From assembly GCA_002339755.1 (NCBI GenBank), contig DDKT01000044.1, positions 1 to 32,234 on the forward strand: DNA of 32,234 bases. Direction: 5' to 3'. How positions within the stretch are numbered: position 1 is the first letter of the stretch; each line of letters begins with the position of its first letter. A program made the position numbers and the translations under genes. The notes beneath the pieces were generated by a model. The model was not told where the DNA came from. It saw only the letters and a list, made by a program, of their open reading frames with translations, and made no database searches. Below are positions 17,944 to 28,110 of the stretch, in pieces. The stretch comes from Patescibacteria group bacterium UBA2591 (lineage in GTDB: Bacteria; Patescibacteriota; Patescibacteriia; UBA2591).

Positions 17944-20900
17944 TTACTCTATCTTAACATTATCTTCAGATGAAATGTTAAGACTATTAAGATCTTTTAA
18001 CGACTGGATAATAGCTGGATTAACTTGATAATTTCCTTTAGAGATAACTCGTGCATAATAATTAAGAGTTCGATTCTTGCAAGACCATGCTCTATCAAAA
18101 TCTTTATCTATTTCAAAATAAACAGCGTTATCTATAATCTTAATTGGATACCAAACAGGATCGCATTCCGAACCATAAGAGAGTCTCTGTTCATAAATAC
18201 GGGTAATAGGCCTTAGACCACTTGGCAAATAATCAATCACCTGATAAGAACCAGATATTGCACTTGTTGCAATATTTGGATCAAGTCTTATTAAAATTAC
18301 ATCTCCCTCTTTAAAAGAATTTGTAGATTTATTATTGACTAAATATTCCCTTGTTATTTTAAGTTCATCATTTTTTATAAGCTCTTCTGGTTCTCTGCTT
18401 TTCTCATAGAAACTTATAAGATTTATTTTGCCCTTTATATTAAAAAACTTTATTGTTTGAAGCTCTTCTGGGGGAATAATTAAGGTATAAATTTTTCCTT
18501 TTTCAAGAATAACAGAATCACTTCTTTTATTTGTCTTATAAGAAAAACTAACCTTTTCCTCTTTTGATTGAGCTAATTCTGATTTTATAAAAAGAGTTTC
18601 TTCTAACACATCTAGATCTCTTTCTGGATTATGGGTATTAATATAATTCCAGAGAGAATCACTATCTGTTTCTATATTTAAATAGGAAGATAATATTGCA
18701 ATTATTGCTGTTAATTTTACTCGTCTAGTGAGATCCATCTTTTTATAGAGCCATGCCTCCTTTCCTTGAAAACGAAGATGAGTTCTAATCTCTTGATGAT
18801 AAATTTGGTAAGCAGTTTCTTTATCTCCTAACTTTGTCAAAGCTAAAGCAAGATAAATTTTATCTTCTAAATTTAATTCTTTATTATCTTTTAATAGATT
18901 TATTTTGACCAATATCGGTTCTTTCAAGCTAGCTAATCCATAAAGAGCTTTTGCTATTCGGTGAATATCTGATTTTTTATCTCTTAATGCTCTATAGAAA
19001 TAATTCTTAAGCTCTTTTTGAAATACAAATTCTGGAGCTAAATCTACTATCTTTGCAGAAAGTTCTAGATCAGTATCGCTATATGGAAATAAGCTAATCC
19101 CACCTTCTTCTGTATGATAGTTGCTTAAATCAAGTATTTCGGCTGAAACAGGTTCTTTAAAATATTGAGCTAATAATTTTTTTCCAAAGAAATTAGCTAT
19201 TATCTGGTCAGAACGAATGCCATCTAAAAATAAATACCTCCACAACAAACTCTGATAAAATCTTCCTCTGTCTTTATCTATAAAAATAAGCTTTGTAAAT
19301 CCATCTTTATTGCCTTCTATTTCAGAAAGATTATCTGTTAAGGTGTAAATAGAGGATTCTAATTTTCTAAAATAACTTTTTACTGCTTTAATTTTTCTTT
19401 TCAAAGAGTCTTCTAAAATTCCTTGTTTTGCTGAAATAGTAATTTCATGTTCTCCTTCTGAGATTAAAGTTAGAGGGAAATGGACAATATTATTTTTAGA
19501 ACTTTCTTTTCTATCTAATTTTAAAGAAGTACTTTCAATTTTAAATTCCGTAGTCTCATTCTGTTTATAATCGGTCCCAAATACTCTTAAACGGAGAATA
19601 GGATTGTCTTTTAAGAGATAATAATTACTTAAGGTTGCTTCAACGAAAAATGGCAAAGAAGTCTTAATAAGTTTTATATTTTGGCCTACTTTTAGCTCTT
19701 CAGGAGAAAAAGCTATAGCGGAGACTCTCCAGCTAGTTATATTATCAGGCAATATAAAACTTATTTCTGCTTTGCCATGTTTATCGGTACGAACAGTCTG
19801 ATAAAAAGCCGTATCCACAAAATTTGTCCGCGCCTTTCCTTTATCATTATGGACAAAATAACCTTCAGCAAAATAACTATGGTACTTACTAACTATAATA
19901 TTATAAACTAAGGTATTTTTTTCTCGTTCTCTTTCTACAGAATAAACCTTCCTACTTGAACCATCGATACCTTTAAGTTTATCTCCTATTTTAATATTAG
20001 AAGCAAGTTCCCATCTTTCATTTACATATATTTTATGCTCTGGGGTTACTTTTAATGAATTATTGATAATTAGGTATTCATCAACAAGATGCTGGAAAAT
20101 TCCTTGAACTATCGCTGGAGCAATTATCGATTTATTCTCATCTGAAAATGTAAGAATTTGATCTCCAATCTTAACTTCCTCAATAGGCTTAGAAGAACCA
20201 TCAGCCATTAAAATAGGTGTTCCTTTACCAAAACATCCTCCTCTATTTCCCTTCTTTTCAAGAAAAGCGTATTGGGTAGCATTAGTTAAGGGTGAAATGT
20301 AAATATTTTCATAAAAACTCTCTAGAATATTTCTCTGCTGATGCCAGTCGTAGGGAAGAATGTGAAATAATGCTTCATCAACTACTGCTATATTAATCTC
20401 AGCTAAAATAGGTTTATTATCCTTATCTTTTACTATTAAATCAATTTTCACTTTCTCGCCAGGCTGATATTTTTCTTTATCAGGATTAATATCAATAGTA
20501 AGCTCACTATCTTTCTCTTTAAAAGAAGCTATTACATCATTACTTTCCTCAAAACCATATGGTCCTAGAATAACTGCTCGATATTGAACAGAAGGCTGGA
20601 AATCTTTTTCGAAAATTTCCTCAAGAATAAAATCATTCTTTATGAAAATTTTTTCTATATTATTTTTATATCGATAAAATAATATCTTAGAGTCGCTTGG
20701 TTTTTCTCCTTCCGAAATCTTAAGTTCAAGTCTTATTTTCTCACCAATAGAAAACTGATTTTCTTCCCATCTTTCTCCTTTACCCCCTTCTAGATTTAAA
20801 GATATAGCAAATTTCTTCCAGTGTTCAGGAAAATGATAAGCAGTGATTGAATCTTCGAATCTTCTTTCTTTATTATCCTTCCCAAAGAAAATAATCTCAT

Positions 20901-23343
20901 ATATACTTTCTTTCTCTTCAGGGAAATTTTTAATAAAAGACCATTCGCCATTTCTATCAGTTGTGCCCGATAATTTATCAATAGTCTCTTTTTTCCTTTC
21001 ATACCTATAGGTCTTTCTTACAATTTTGTTAATAGGATCATAACATTGACCAGTCTCTACCTTAAAATAGGTTATTTTTATAATTTCAGCAGAAAGAGAA
21101 TGATTACTTGCAGGTTCTCCAATATACTCATTTCTTCTATAACTAGATTCCTCACCAATTAAATCCTTAATTACAATATGGTTTAACTTTGCAGTAAGCT
21201 TAAAGTTATTATTATCTAATCTTTCCTTAAATAACTGCAGATGTATATTAGGACCAAAAACTAATATATTACCTCTTCCTGAAATTTCTTCCTCTTCTGC
21301 TTTCTGAGGATAAAAAGCAAAACTAAGACTAGAAGGGTAATCCCTTCTCCAGCCCCTACAATATTCATAATATTTAGGAGTGTAGGATAAAGCACCTTCT
21401 CCGTTTTCATCGAGATCTAGCTCTCCATTAATTTCCCCACACCAATAACCATAATATCTTAGCTTTAAATTTGAAACAGGTGTTCCATCAAAAAAACTAG
21501 CTTTAACTTTAAAATCAACCTCTTCACCAGCAAAAATAGCCTTTTTAGAAGGAGTAACAACAATTTGATAAAGTGGTTTTGTATAGGTTAAAATTTCAAC
21601 GTCTGTAGTAGTAATTATTTCTTCTCCTATTGAAACTACTATAAGATACCAATCAGGAGAAATTCCTTTAAATGACAATTCTCCTTGAATAGTATCAAAT
21701 TGAGAAATTAAAACTTCCTCAAATATTAAAGGTTCAGGCAACTCTTCCATTGTTCTTCTAAAATAAGAACCGGAAGAATAGAGCCCTACTTTAACTTTCT
21801 TTTGTCTTAAATCTTCCTGACGACCCTTAATTACACCCCAATATCTTATTGTATCATTCATCTGATAAGTATATCGATCTGTTGATAAGTAATCCCAGTA
21901 AAAATCTCCTTTATCAATCTCTCTATAACGAAAGTCTTCATAATAAGAGTCCCAGGAAGGAGTGATTCTAACAAGATAAGGAAGATAGTCATTTTGCTCT
22001 AACTTAAAAAACTTTGGTTCAAAATTGTTTTTATCTTTTAAAATTTGAGGGGTGAAAAGTTCTATTAGGCCTTCTTGATTAGTGAAACCCAAATCAATCT
22101 CCTCTGTCGTTTTTTTATAAAAAGAGGTCTTTGAATTTATAAGGGGTTGTTTTTTTATAAAATCATATACCCATAGAAAACTCTTATCATAAGTTATTGA
22201 AAAATAATGAGCGAGGGGAGTGATTTGAAGCCAAGCCTGAATACGTTTCCCCTGAACATCTACATCTAAAAGATAATACCCAGTTTCTAATGGTTGAGGA
22301 AGTTCAATAAACTTTTGATAACCTTCCTTAATAATTGTTGGTTTAAAGGATAAAATTTTTTGTTCATCTTTAGGTTTATAATTACTTTCCTCTTTATGAA
22401 ATTTCGTCCATCCCCAATTCCAATTGCGACTTTCCTGATATGAGTTCAGAAATTCACTAATATCATTAAATTTATAAATATTCATTTCTAATGCTTGGGG
22501 ATCTAAATTACCATAGAAGAAAATTTCAAAAACTGGTTTTTTGTCTGGAATAAATTCTAGAAAGTTACTTTGAAAATTAAAATACGGTTTTCCGGGAACA
22601 TATTCTTTCTCTCTGGTCTCAAAAGTAAAAATATAATCCTCTTTTAAAATATCTTCACTTCCTTCACTTTTTAACCCTTTCTTAATAGTTATTGTATAAA
22701 CCATCTTTTCTATAAGTTGCTGAGGAAGAAAAGTTAAAGTATTTCCATATTGCTCAAAACTTCCTTTAGTATCTGGTGTAATTTCAAAATAACTCTCTGG
22801 ATTAATTAAATTCTCCCGATTAAAAACGATCTCAATACCAGAATTTATTGGAACACTCGTTGCTTTATTACGAGGATGAGTCTGAATAATCTGAAAAGAA
22901 GCCTTGGTTTGAAAGGCCCAACTATATTCTTTAATAGCATAATGGCGATCAGTAATAGTAGCTTGATAGATCTTGTTTTCTTCAACAGGTTCAGTTACTT
23001 CAATTTTAAATTTAAAAGAGGGAGTTTTTGGTTGAGGATTAATTTCTGGCTGAGGGTTAATCTTTTTTACAACAAAGTCTATTTCTGGATCAAACTTAAG
23101 GATCTTTTTTACCGCTTCTTCTGATAGAGGCTGAATGCTTTCTAAAATTAAACCTTTTTCTAGCTCTATTCCTGCAGTATCAGAAAATAAGGGCCTTAAT
23201 TGAAACTGAGCAGGAATTATTGGTTTCGGAGGAAGTGGCTTTTGGTGGAAAATATAGACCGCTACTATCCCTATTATTGAAATTAAAACTAAAACAGTGC
23301 CTAAAATTATGTTAATCTTGTGTTTTTTGATTAAAAATAACAT
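17944..23343 (-). CDS. alpha-2-macroglobulin family protein with Ig-like domains and an internal Hint domain
   Basis: N-terminal TM anchor, Big_5-like repeats, STDRYTY, AVVDEA, R.NF.DTA...LPDNITSWR..A, P.FVE, DYLPSGL, YYAR....G.Y...PA. Confidence 0.88.
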   Translation of the reverse strand: MLFLIKKHKINIILGTVLVLISIIGIVAVYIFHQKPLPPKPIIPAQFQLRPLFSDTAGIELEKGLILESIQPLSEEAVKKILKFDPEIDFVVKKINPQPEINPQPKTPSFKFKIEVTEPVEENKIYQATITDRHYAIKEYSWAFQTKASFQIIQTHPRNKATSVPINSGIEIVFNRENLINPESYFEITPDTKGSFEQYGNTLTFLPQQLIEKMVYTITIKKGLKSEGSEDILKEDYIFTFETREKEYVPGKPYFNFQSNFLEFIPDKKPVFEIFFYGNLDPQALEMNIYKFNDISEFLNSYQESRNWNWGWTKFHKEESNYKPKDEQKILSFKPTIIKEGYQKFIELPQPLETGYYLLDVDVQGKRIQAWLQITPLAHYFSITYDKSFLWVYDFIKKQPLINSKTSFYKKTTEEIDLGFTNQEGLIELFTPQILKDKNNFEPKFFKLEQNDYLPYLVRITPSWDSYYEDFRYREIDKGDFYWDYLSTDRYTYQMNDTIRYWGVIKGRQEDLRQKKVKVGLYSSGSYFRRTMEELPEPLIFEEVLISQFDTIQGELSFKGISPDWYLIVVSIGEEIITTTDVEILTYTKPLYQIVVTPSKKAIFAGEEVDFKVKASFFDGTPVSNLKLRYYGYWCGEINGELDLDENGEGALSYTPKYYEYCRGWRRDYPSSLSFAFYPQKAEEEEISGRGNILVFGPNIHLQLFKERLDNNNFKLTAKLNHIVIKDLIGEESSYRRNEYIGEPASNHSLSAEIIKITYFKVETGQCYDPINKIVRKTYRYERKKETIDKLSGTTDRNGEWSFIKNFPEEKESIYEIIFFGKDNKERRFEDSITAYHFPEHWKKFAISLNLEGGKGERWEENQFSIGEKIRLELKISEGEKPSDSKILFYRYKNNIEKIFIKNDFILEEIFEKDFQPSVQYRAVILGPYGFEESNDVIASFKEKDSELTIDINPDKEKYQPGEKVKIDLIVKDKDNKPILAEINIAVVDEALFHILPYDWHQQRNILESFYENIYISPLTNATQYAFLEKKGNRGGCFGKGTPILMADGSSKPIEEVKIGDQILTFSDENKSIIAPAIVQGIFQHLVDEYLIINNSLKVTPEHKIYVNERWELASNIKIGDKLKGIDGSSRKVYSVEREREKNTLVYNIIVSKYHSYFAEGYFVHNDKGKARTNFVDTAFYQTVRTDKHGKAEISFILPDNITSWRVSAIAFSPEELKVGQNIKLIKTSLPFFVEATLSNYYLLKDNPILRLRVFGTDYKQNETTEFKIESTSLKLDRKESSKNNIVHFPLTLISEGEHEITISAKQGILEDSLKRKIKAVKSYFRKLESSIYTLTDNLSEIEGNKDGFTKLIFIDKDRGRFYQSLLWRYLFLDGIRSDQIIANFFGKKLLAQYFKEPVSAEILDLSNYHTEEGGISLFPYSDTDLELSAKIVDLAPEFVFQKELKNYFYRALRDKKSDIHRIAKALYGLASLKEPILVKINLLKDNKELNLEDKIYLALALTKLGDKETAYQIYHQEIRTHLRFQGKEAWLYKKMDLTRRVKLTAIIAILSSYLNIETDSDSLWNYINTHNPERDLDVLEETLFIKSELAQSKEEKVSFSYKTNKRSDSVILEKGKIYTLIIPPEELQTIKFFNIKGKINLISFYEKSREPEELIKNDELKITREYLVNNKSTNSFKEGDVILIRLDPNIATSAISGSYQVIDYLPSGLRPITRIYEQRLSYGSECDPVWYPIKIIDNAVYFEIDKDFDRAWSCKNRTLNYYARVISKGNYQVNPAIIQSLKDLNSLNISSEDNVKIE
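19846..20235 (-). other. Hint (intein-like) domain, 130 aa, no endonuclease
   Basis: CFGKGTPILMADG..KPIEEVKIGD, VTPEH, VYNI.V...HSYFAEG..VHN; the following residue is Asp. Confidence 0.92.
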
Positions 23344-23579
23344 ATAATGATAAGATGATTCTTTTCTCCTCTAAATTTTACTGATAATTTTAACGACTTC
23401 CCATTATAATAAAATCTCTTTATTTTAGATTAATGGATCTAAATATAAAAATATAAAAATATAAAATAATTTTTTTCTGGATGAGGAAAAATTTTAAGTC
23501 TGATTGACTTTGATTAAAATGTTAAAACGCCAATTCATTCAAACCGAGAACCATAAGAATATCTTTTATAAGCTTCTTT

Positions 23580-24857
23580 TTATAGTTCCTCATATTCTCG
23601 CATAGTTAATTGAGCTTCGATTTGTTTAATTGTTTCAATAACTACACTAACCACAATCAAAAGACTGGCCCCACCAACAGCCATAGCTTCTGTGCCCAAA
23701 GCTTGTTGAGTAATCAAGGGCAGGACAGCAATCGTGCCTAAGAATAGAGCGCCGGCTAAAATAATTTTATTCGAAACTCCACCCAAATATTCTGCTGTCC
23801 ACCTGCCAGGTCGTAAACCAGGAATAAAACCACCTTGTTTTTGTAAACTCTCGGCAATTTTGTGGGGATGAAAAACAACTGAGGTGTAAAAATAAGTAAA
23901 AGCAATCACTAAAATAAAGTATAAAATTCCATAAAAAAGTTGATTATTAAAAAGACTTATTACAAATTGACTAGCATTAATTATCCAAGTCCCCTTAATA
24001 TATTGAAGCAACTGAGCCACTAAAGGAGGAAATAAAATGAGAGAAATGGCAAAAATAATAGGAATCATTCCAACTTGATTAACCTTTAAAGGAAGAAAAG
24101 TCTCCATGCCACCATACATTTTCATTCCTCTAATTCTTTTGGCATAGGAAACAGGAATATTTCTTTGAGCTTCGGTAATATAAACTACTCCTGCCACAGT
24201 TATTAAGCCTAAAGCGATAAAAATAATCAAATTAAAAATTTGAGTAGGATCAAAAGTGCCAATAATCTGAGCTACAGTCATTGGCAATTCAGAAATAATT
24301 CCGGCAAAAATAATCAAAGAAATGCCGTTACCAATCTTTTTTTCACTTATCAATTCTCCTAACCACATTAAAAAAATTGTTCCGGCAGTCAGAACTATAA
24401 TAGTTGTTATCCAGTTCCAAATATTAAGTTGACTAATAATCCCTTGCTCAGAGCGCTGCAAAAGAGTAATTATCCCATAGCTCTGTAAAACAGCTAAAGG
24501 TACAGTTAAAAGTCTAGTATATTGATTTATTTTAAAATACCCACTTTCGCCTTCTTTAGAAAGTTCTTCTAGGCGCGGGATAATCATAATTAATAATTGA
24601 AAAATTATCGAAGCAGTAATATAGGGACCAACTCCTAAAGCAACTATAGAAAACTTCTCCAATGCTCCACCAGAAAGGATGTTTACTAATCCCAAAAACT
24701 GATTTTGGGCAAAAAAATTCTTTAGATTTTCTACATTAACACCAGGCAAGGGAATATGAGCAGCAATTCGAAACACCACTAACATTCCCAAAACAAAAAA
24801 AATACTATTCCGGAGTTCTTGGATTTTGAAAATTTGGACTAATTTATTGAAAAACAT
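23580..24857 (-). CDS. secY: preprotein translocase subunit SecY
   Basis: HIPLPGV, FSIVALGVGPYITASII, MWLGE.I...IGNGISLIIFAGI, GGFIPGLRPG, GGASLLIVV.V. Confidence 0.98.
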   Translation of the reverse strand: MFFNKLVQIFKIQELRNSIFFVLGMLVVFRIAAHIPLPGVNVENLKNFFAQNQFLGLVNILSGGALEKFSIVALGVGPYITASIIFQLLIMIIPRLEELSKEGESGYFKINQYTRLLTVPLAVLQSYGIITLLQRSEQGIISQLNIWNWITTIIVLTAGTIFLMWLGELISEKKIGNGISLIIFAGIISELPMTVAQIIGTFDPTQIFNLIIFIALGLITVAGVVYITEAQRNIPVSYAKRIRGMKMYGGMETFLPLKVNQVGMIPIIFAISLILFPPLVAQLLQYIKGTWIINASQFVISLFNNQLFYGILYFILVIAFTYFYTSVVFHPHKIAESLQKQGGFIPGLRPGRWTAEYLGGVSNKIILAGALFLGTIAVLPLITQQALGTEAMAVGGASLLIVVSVVIETIKQIEAQLTMREYEEL

Positions 24858-24989
24858 ATAAAATGAATTTAAAATTCTAAAAGAATTTTCTTATATTTAA
24901 ATGGCGGGGCTCCTCCAATTTTGTCTTAAAATGACACTTCGTGCTATCTTATTTTTTGATTTTTAATTTTAGTTGGGAGTTTCAAACTT

Positions 24990-25433
24990 CTACTTAACCA
25001 CCCCTCCTGCTTTCTCAATCTCTTCTTTTACGCTTTTTGAAACCTTACAGTTTTCAATGAAAAATTTTTTTCCTTTTAGTCCTTTTTTGTCTAAAATTTT
25101 TACTTCTGGTTTTATTCTATCAATTAATCCTTTTTTAAGCAAAATTCTAGGTGTAATTTTTTCACCACTATCAAAATGTTTAACCAAAGTGCTGATATTA
25201 ATAATAACCGGCTTTAAGTGAATGCTCTTAAAGCCACCTATTTTTGGTAAACTTATAATTATTCTTTTGATGCCTTTAAGTTTTAATCCTTTTTTCCCGC
25301 CAGATCGAGAACGTTGACCTTTTAAGCCTCGAGTAGAATAAGTTCCGTGACCAGAAGCATCTCCTCGACCAATTCTCTTCCGCCGCTTTCTTGATCCTAA
25401 AAATGGCTTTAAATTATGTAGAGTTAGAGGCAT
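24990..25433 (-). CDS. rplO: 50S ribosomal protein L15
   Basis: RIGRG..SG.GT..TRG.KGQRSRSG, IEKAGG. Confidence 0.97.
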   Translation of the reverse strand: MPLTLHNLKPFLGSRKRRKRIGRGDASGHGTYSTRGLKGQRSRSGGKKGLKLKGIKRIIISLPKIGGFKSIHLKPVIINISTLVKHFDSGEKITPRILLKKGLIDRIKPEVKILDKKGLKGKKFFIENCKVSKSVKEEIEKAGGVVK

Positions 25434-25500
25434 GGAAAAATTATTAAATTATTAAAAAATGAATCTATTGAATAATTCAATAATATCACTTTGGTTTATT

Positions 25501-26022
25501 TCAAGTCTTCTTTAAGAATTTTTTCAAAGCATTAATAGTTGCTCGGACATTATTAATTTTGTTTTTTGTTCCTAGCATTTTAGCAGTAACATTAGGAATG
25601 CCGGCCAACTCTAAAACAATTCGAACCGGGCCTCCAGCAATAATGCCACGACCTTGACGAGCTGGTTTTAACAACACTAAAGCTGCTCCGTATTTTTCTC
25701 GAATCTCGTGAGGAATAGTATTATTAACAATAGGAACGGTAATCATATTTTTTTTAGCGATTCTTACTGCCTTCTCAATAGCTCCTGCCACATCAGCGCC
25801 CTTTTTTGTTCCCTCACCTACCCTTCCCTGCCTATCCCCAACAACCACGCAAGCTCGAAAACGAAGTCTTTTTCCGCCAGCCACCACCCTAGTCACTCGA
25901 GCCAAATCAACCAAACGTTGTTCAGGTTCGCTCTCTTCAAATTTACTCTCCTTAGATTCACTCTCTTTTTTGGAGATCGGCTCAGCAGATTCTTTTTTGG
26001 ACTTTTTAATATCTTCAGACAT
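25501..26022 (-). CDS. rpsE: 30S ribosomal protein S5
   Basis: RVTRVVAGGKRLRF, VVVGD, TIPHE, LKPA..G.GIIAGG. Confidence 0.98.
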   Translation of the reverse strand: MSEDIKKSKKESAEPISKKESESKESKFEESEPEQRLVDLARVTRVVAGGKRLRFRACVVVGDRQGRVGEGTKKGADVAGAIEKAVRIAKKNMITVPIVNNTIPHEIREKYGAALVLLKPARQGRGIIAGGPVRIVLELAGIPNVTAKMLGTKNKINNVRATINALKKFLKKT

Positions 26023-26299
26023 AAATTAATTATAAATTAAGTTAAAACTGGAATTTAAAAATTAAAATTCTCAGTATTGCGCATCACAGATATGGCTAAA
26101 ATTAGTTTTGAAACTTGAATTTTGAGTTAAGCCCTCTGTGGTAAATTTTATATTTTAAGACTGTAATAATTCAACAACTCTATTCTAGGACCCTAAAGTG
26201 AGTGATTAATCATCTAATAACTTTCACAAGGCCTGTAAAATCTTTGCTTCCGCTCAAGATGAGGGCATTAAATAATCATTCAGCACTCCATTTTCTGCC

Positions 26300-26716
26300 T
26301 TATATTTTAACTCCAGCTTCTCGTATTCCTTCAGCTGCAGCTTTAACTCGGCCATGATACTTATATCCTCCCCGATCAAAAACCATTTGTTTTATCTTTC
26401 TTTCTAAAGCTTTCTGGGCAAACAATTTTCCGACTTCTTTGGCTATTTCTATTTTAGATTTTTTTGATTTAGAAACTGTTTTTATTGACTTTCTTTGTTT
26501 ACTTTTTTTTGTTTTCTTTTCTTCTTTCAATAATTCTATATCACTAACACCTATCAACGTTTCTCCTTTTTCATCATTAATTAATTGAAGATAAATGTGT
26601 TTATTGCTTCGAAAAACCGAAGCTCGTGGCCTTTCAGCTGTTCCTTTAATTTTAGCTCGAATCCTGCCATGCCTTCTGCTTCTCTTTTTTCGTTTTATTT
26701 TTTGCAAATTTCTCAT
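26300..26716 (-). CDS. rplR: 50S ribosomal protein L18 with Lys-rich insertion
   Basis: [32 protein letters not shown]. Confidence 0.97.
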   Translation of the reverse strand: MRNLQKIKRKKRSRRHGRIRAKIKGTAERPRASVFRSNKHIYLQLINDEKGETLIGVSDIELLKEEKKTKKSKQRKSIKTVSKSKKSKIEIAKEVGKLFAQKALERKIKQMVFDRGGYKYHGRVKAAAEGIREAGVKI

Positions 26717-26823
26717 AAGAAGTTTAAAAAATTTGAAGTTAAAAAACTCTCAAAAATTAAAGAAAAATAACAAAGGTCGCTGTTTGTGTTGAAATCTTTT
26801 AAAAACTTTTTGATATTTAAAAT

Positions 26824-27375
26824 TTATTTCATCCCTACTGCCTTTGTTGCTTTTCCCGCCTTTCGCCTGACTATTTCTCCAAAATATTTTATTCCCTTTC
26901 CTTTATAAGGCTCTGGTTTTCGAAAAGCGCGAATTTCTGCAGCAGCCTGACCGACTAACTGTTTATCAACGCCACTAATAGTAATAACATCTTTCTCTAC
27001 CTTAATCTCAATCCCTTTTGGGATTTTAAAAATTATTGGATGAGAATAGCCAAGATTCAAAATTAGCTTCCCGGCTTCTAAAACTGCTTTGTAACCTATT
27101 CCGATGATTTCTAACTTTTTTTCGAATCCAGAGGTTACTCCCTGAATCATATTATTAACCAAGCGATTAAACAAACCCCAAAGGGCTCGTTGTGACTTAT
27201 CTTCCGGATTTTCCACTTCTACTTTCACTACTCGCCCTGTTTGGGAAATTAAAACTCGAGGACAAACTTTTTGAACCAGTTCTCCTTTAGGTCCCTTGAC
27301 AATGATAGTCTTGTTCTCGATCTTTACTTCTACGCCTTCTGGAATATTAATTGGCTGTTTGCCTATTCTGCTCAT
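26824..27375 (-). CDS. rplF: 50S ribosomal protein L6
   Basis: MSRIGK, VKGPKGEL, LGYSHP, PEPYKGKGIKY. Confidence 0.98.
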   Translation of the reverse strand: MSRIGKQPINIPEGVEVKIENKTIIVKGPKGELVQKVCPRVLISQTGRVVKVEVENPEDKSQRALWGLFNRLVNNMIQGVTSGFEKKLEIIGIGYKAVLEAGKLILNLGYSHPIIFKIPKGIEIKVEKDVITISGVDKQLVGQAAAEIRAFRKPEPYKGKGIKYFGEIVRRKAGKATKAVGMK

Positions 27376-27515
27376 ATTTATAGGTTCGTATTTGTAAATA
27401 AATTACGATATAAAATCCAAAAATTAATTATCAATCATTCTAACCGTAAAATTCTCGGTCCTGACCTTCAATCTCTGCTCGGAATAACGGAAAAACAGTC
27501 GCTATTAAAACAGGA

Positions 27516-27905
27516 TCAATACACCTCACAAATTACTTCTCCTCCTAACTTTCTTCTTCGAGCTTCTTTATTAGTCATTAAACCCTGTGAAGTAGAAATG
27601 ATAGCAATGCCAAAATTACTTAAAACTCTTGGTAATTTTTCTTTGTTTACGTAAATTCTACGGCTAGGTTTACTAATTCGTTTTAGCCTTTTGATTACAG
27701 GATTCTTCTCTTCATCGTATTTTAAAACAATTCTAATCTGGTCATATATTCCCTTTCTTTTTTCTGCCTTCCCAATCCATCCCTCTCTTTCTAAAATTTT
27801 AGCAATGTTAAATTTAATTTTAGAAAATGATAAAATTACTTCAGGCTTCTTTACTGCCTGAGCATTTCTAATTTTTGTTAGCATATCAGCAATTGGATCA
27901 CTCAT
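27516..27905 (-). CDS. rpsH: 30S ribosomal protein S8
   Basis: DPIADML..IRNA, ISKP, ISTSQG.MT, GGEVIC. Confidence 0.98.
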   Translation of the reverse strand: MSDPIADMLTKIRNAQAVKKPEVILSFSKIKFNIAKILEREGWIGKAEKRKGIYDQIRIVLKYDEEKNPVIKRLKRISKPSRRIYVNKEKLPRVLSNFGIAIISTSQGLMTNKEARRRKLGGEVICEVY

Positions 27906-28110
27906 ATTGTAACTTACAGATATTTAAAAATAACTTTTGTTTAATAATCCAAATTTAGAATACAAATTTATCAAATAAAACGTTAGTCTTCAATACATTT
28001 CAAATTTAACATTTGACATGAATCACTTTATGTTTTAGATTATAATTGTAAAATTCTGAATTTTTCAAGCTTTCCGCTGAGTAAAGCATCAATATATAAC
28101 AATGTTCATC

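Noticed and set aside
19846-20235. Canonical mobile intein
   Set aside because: No homing endonuclease and Asp at +1; treated as an intein-like Hint domain
27663-27665. S8 SKPS instead of SKPG as decay evidence
   Set aside because: SKPS occurs naturally in many CPR S8 proteins as I recall
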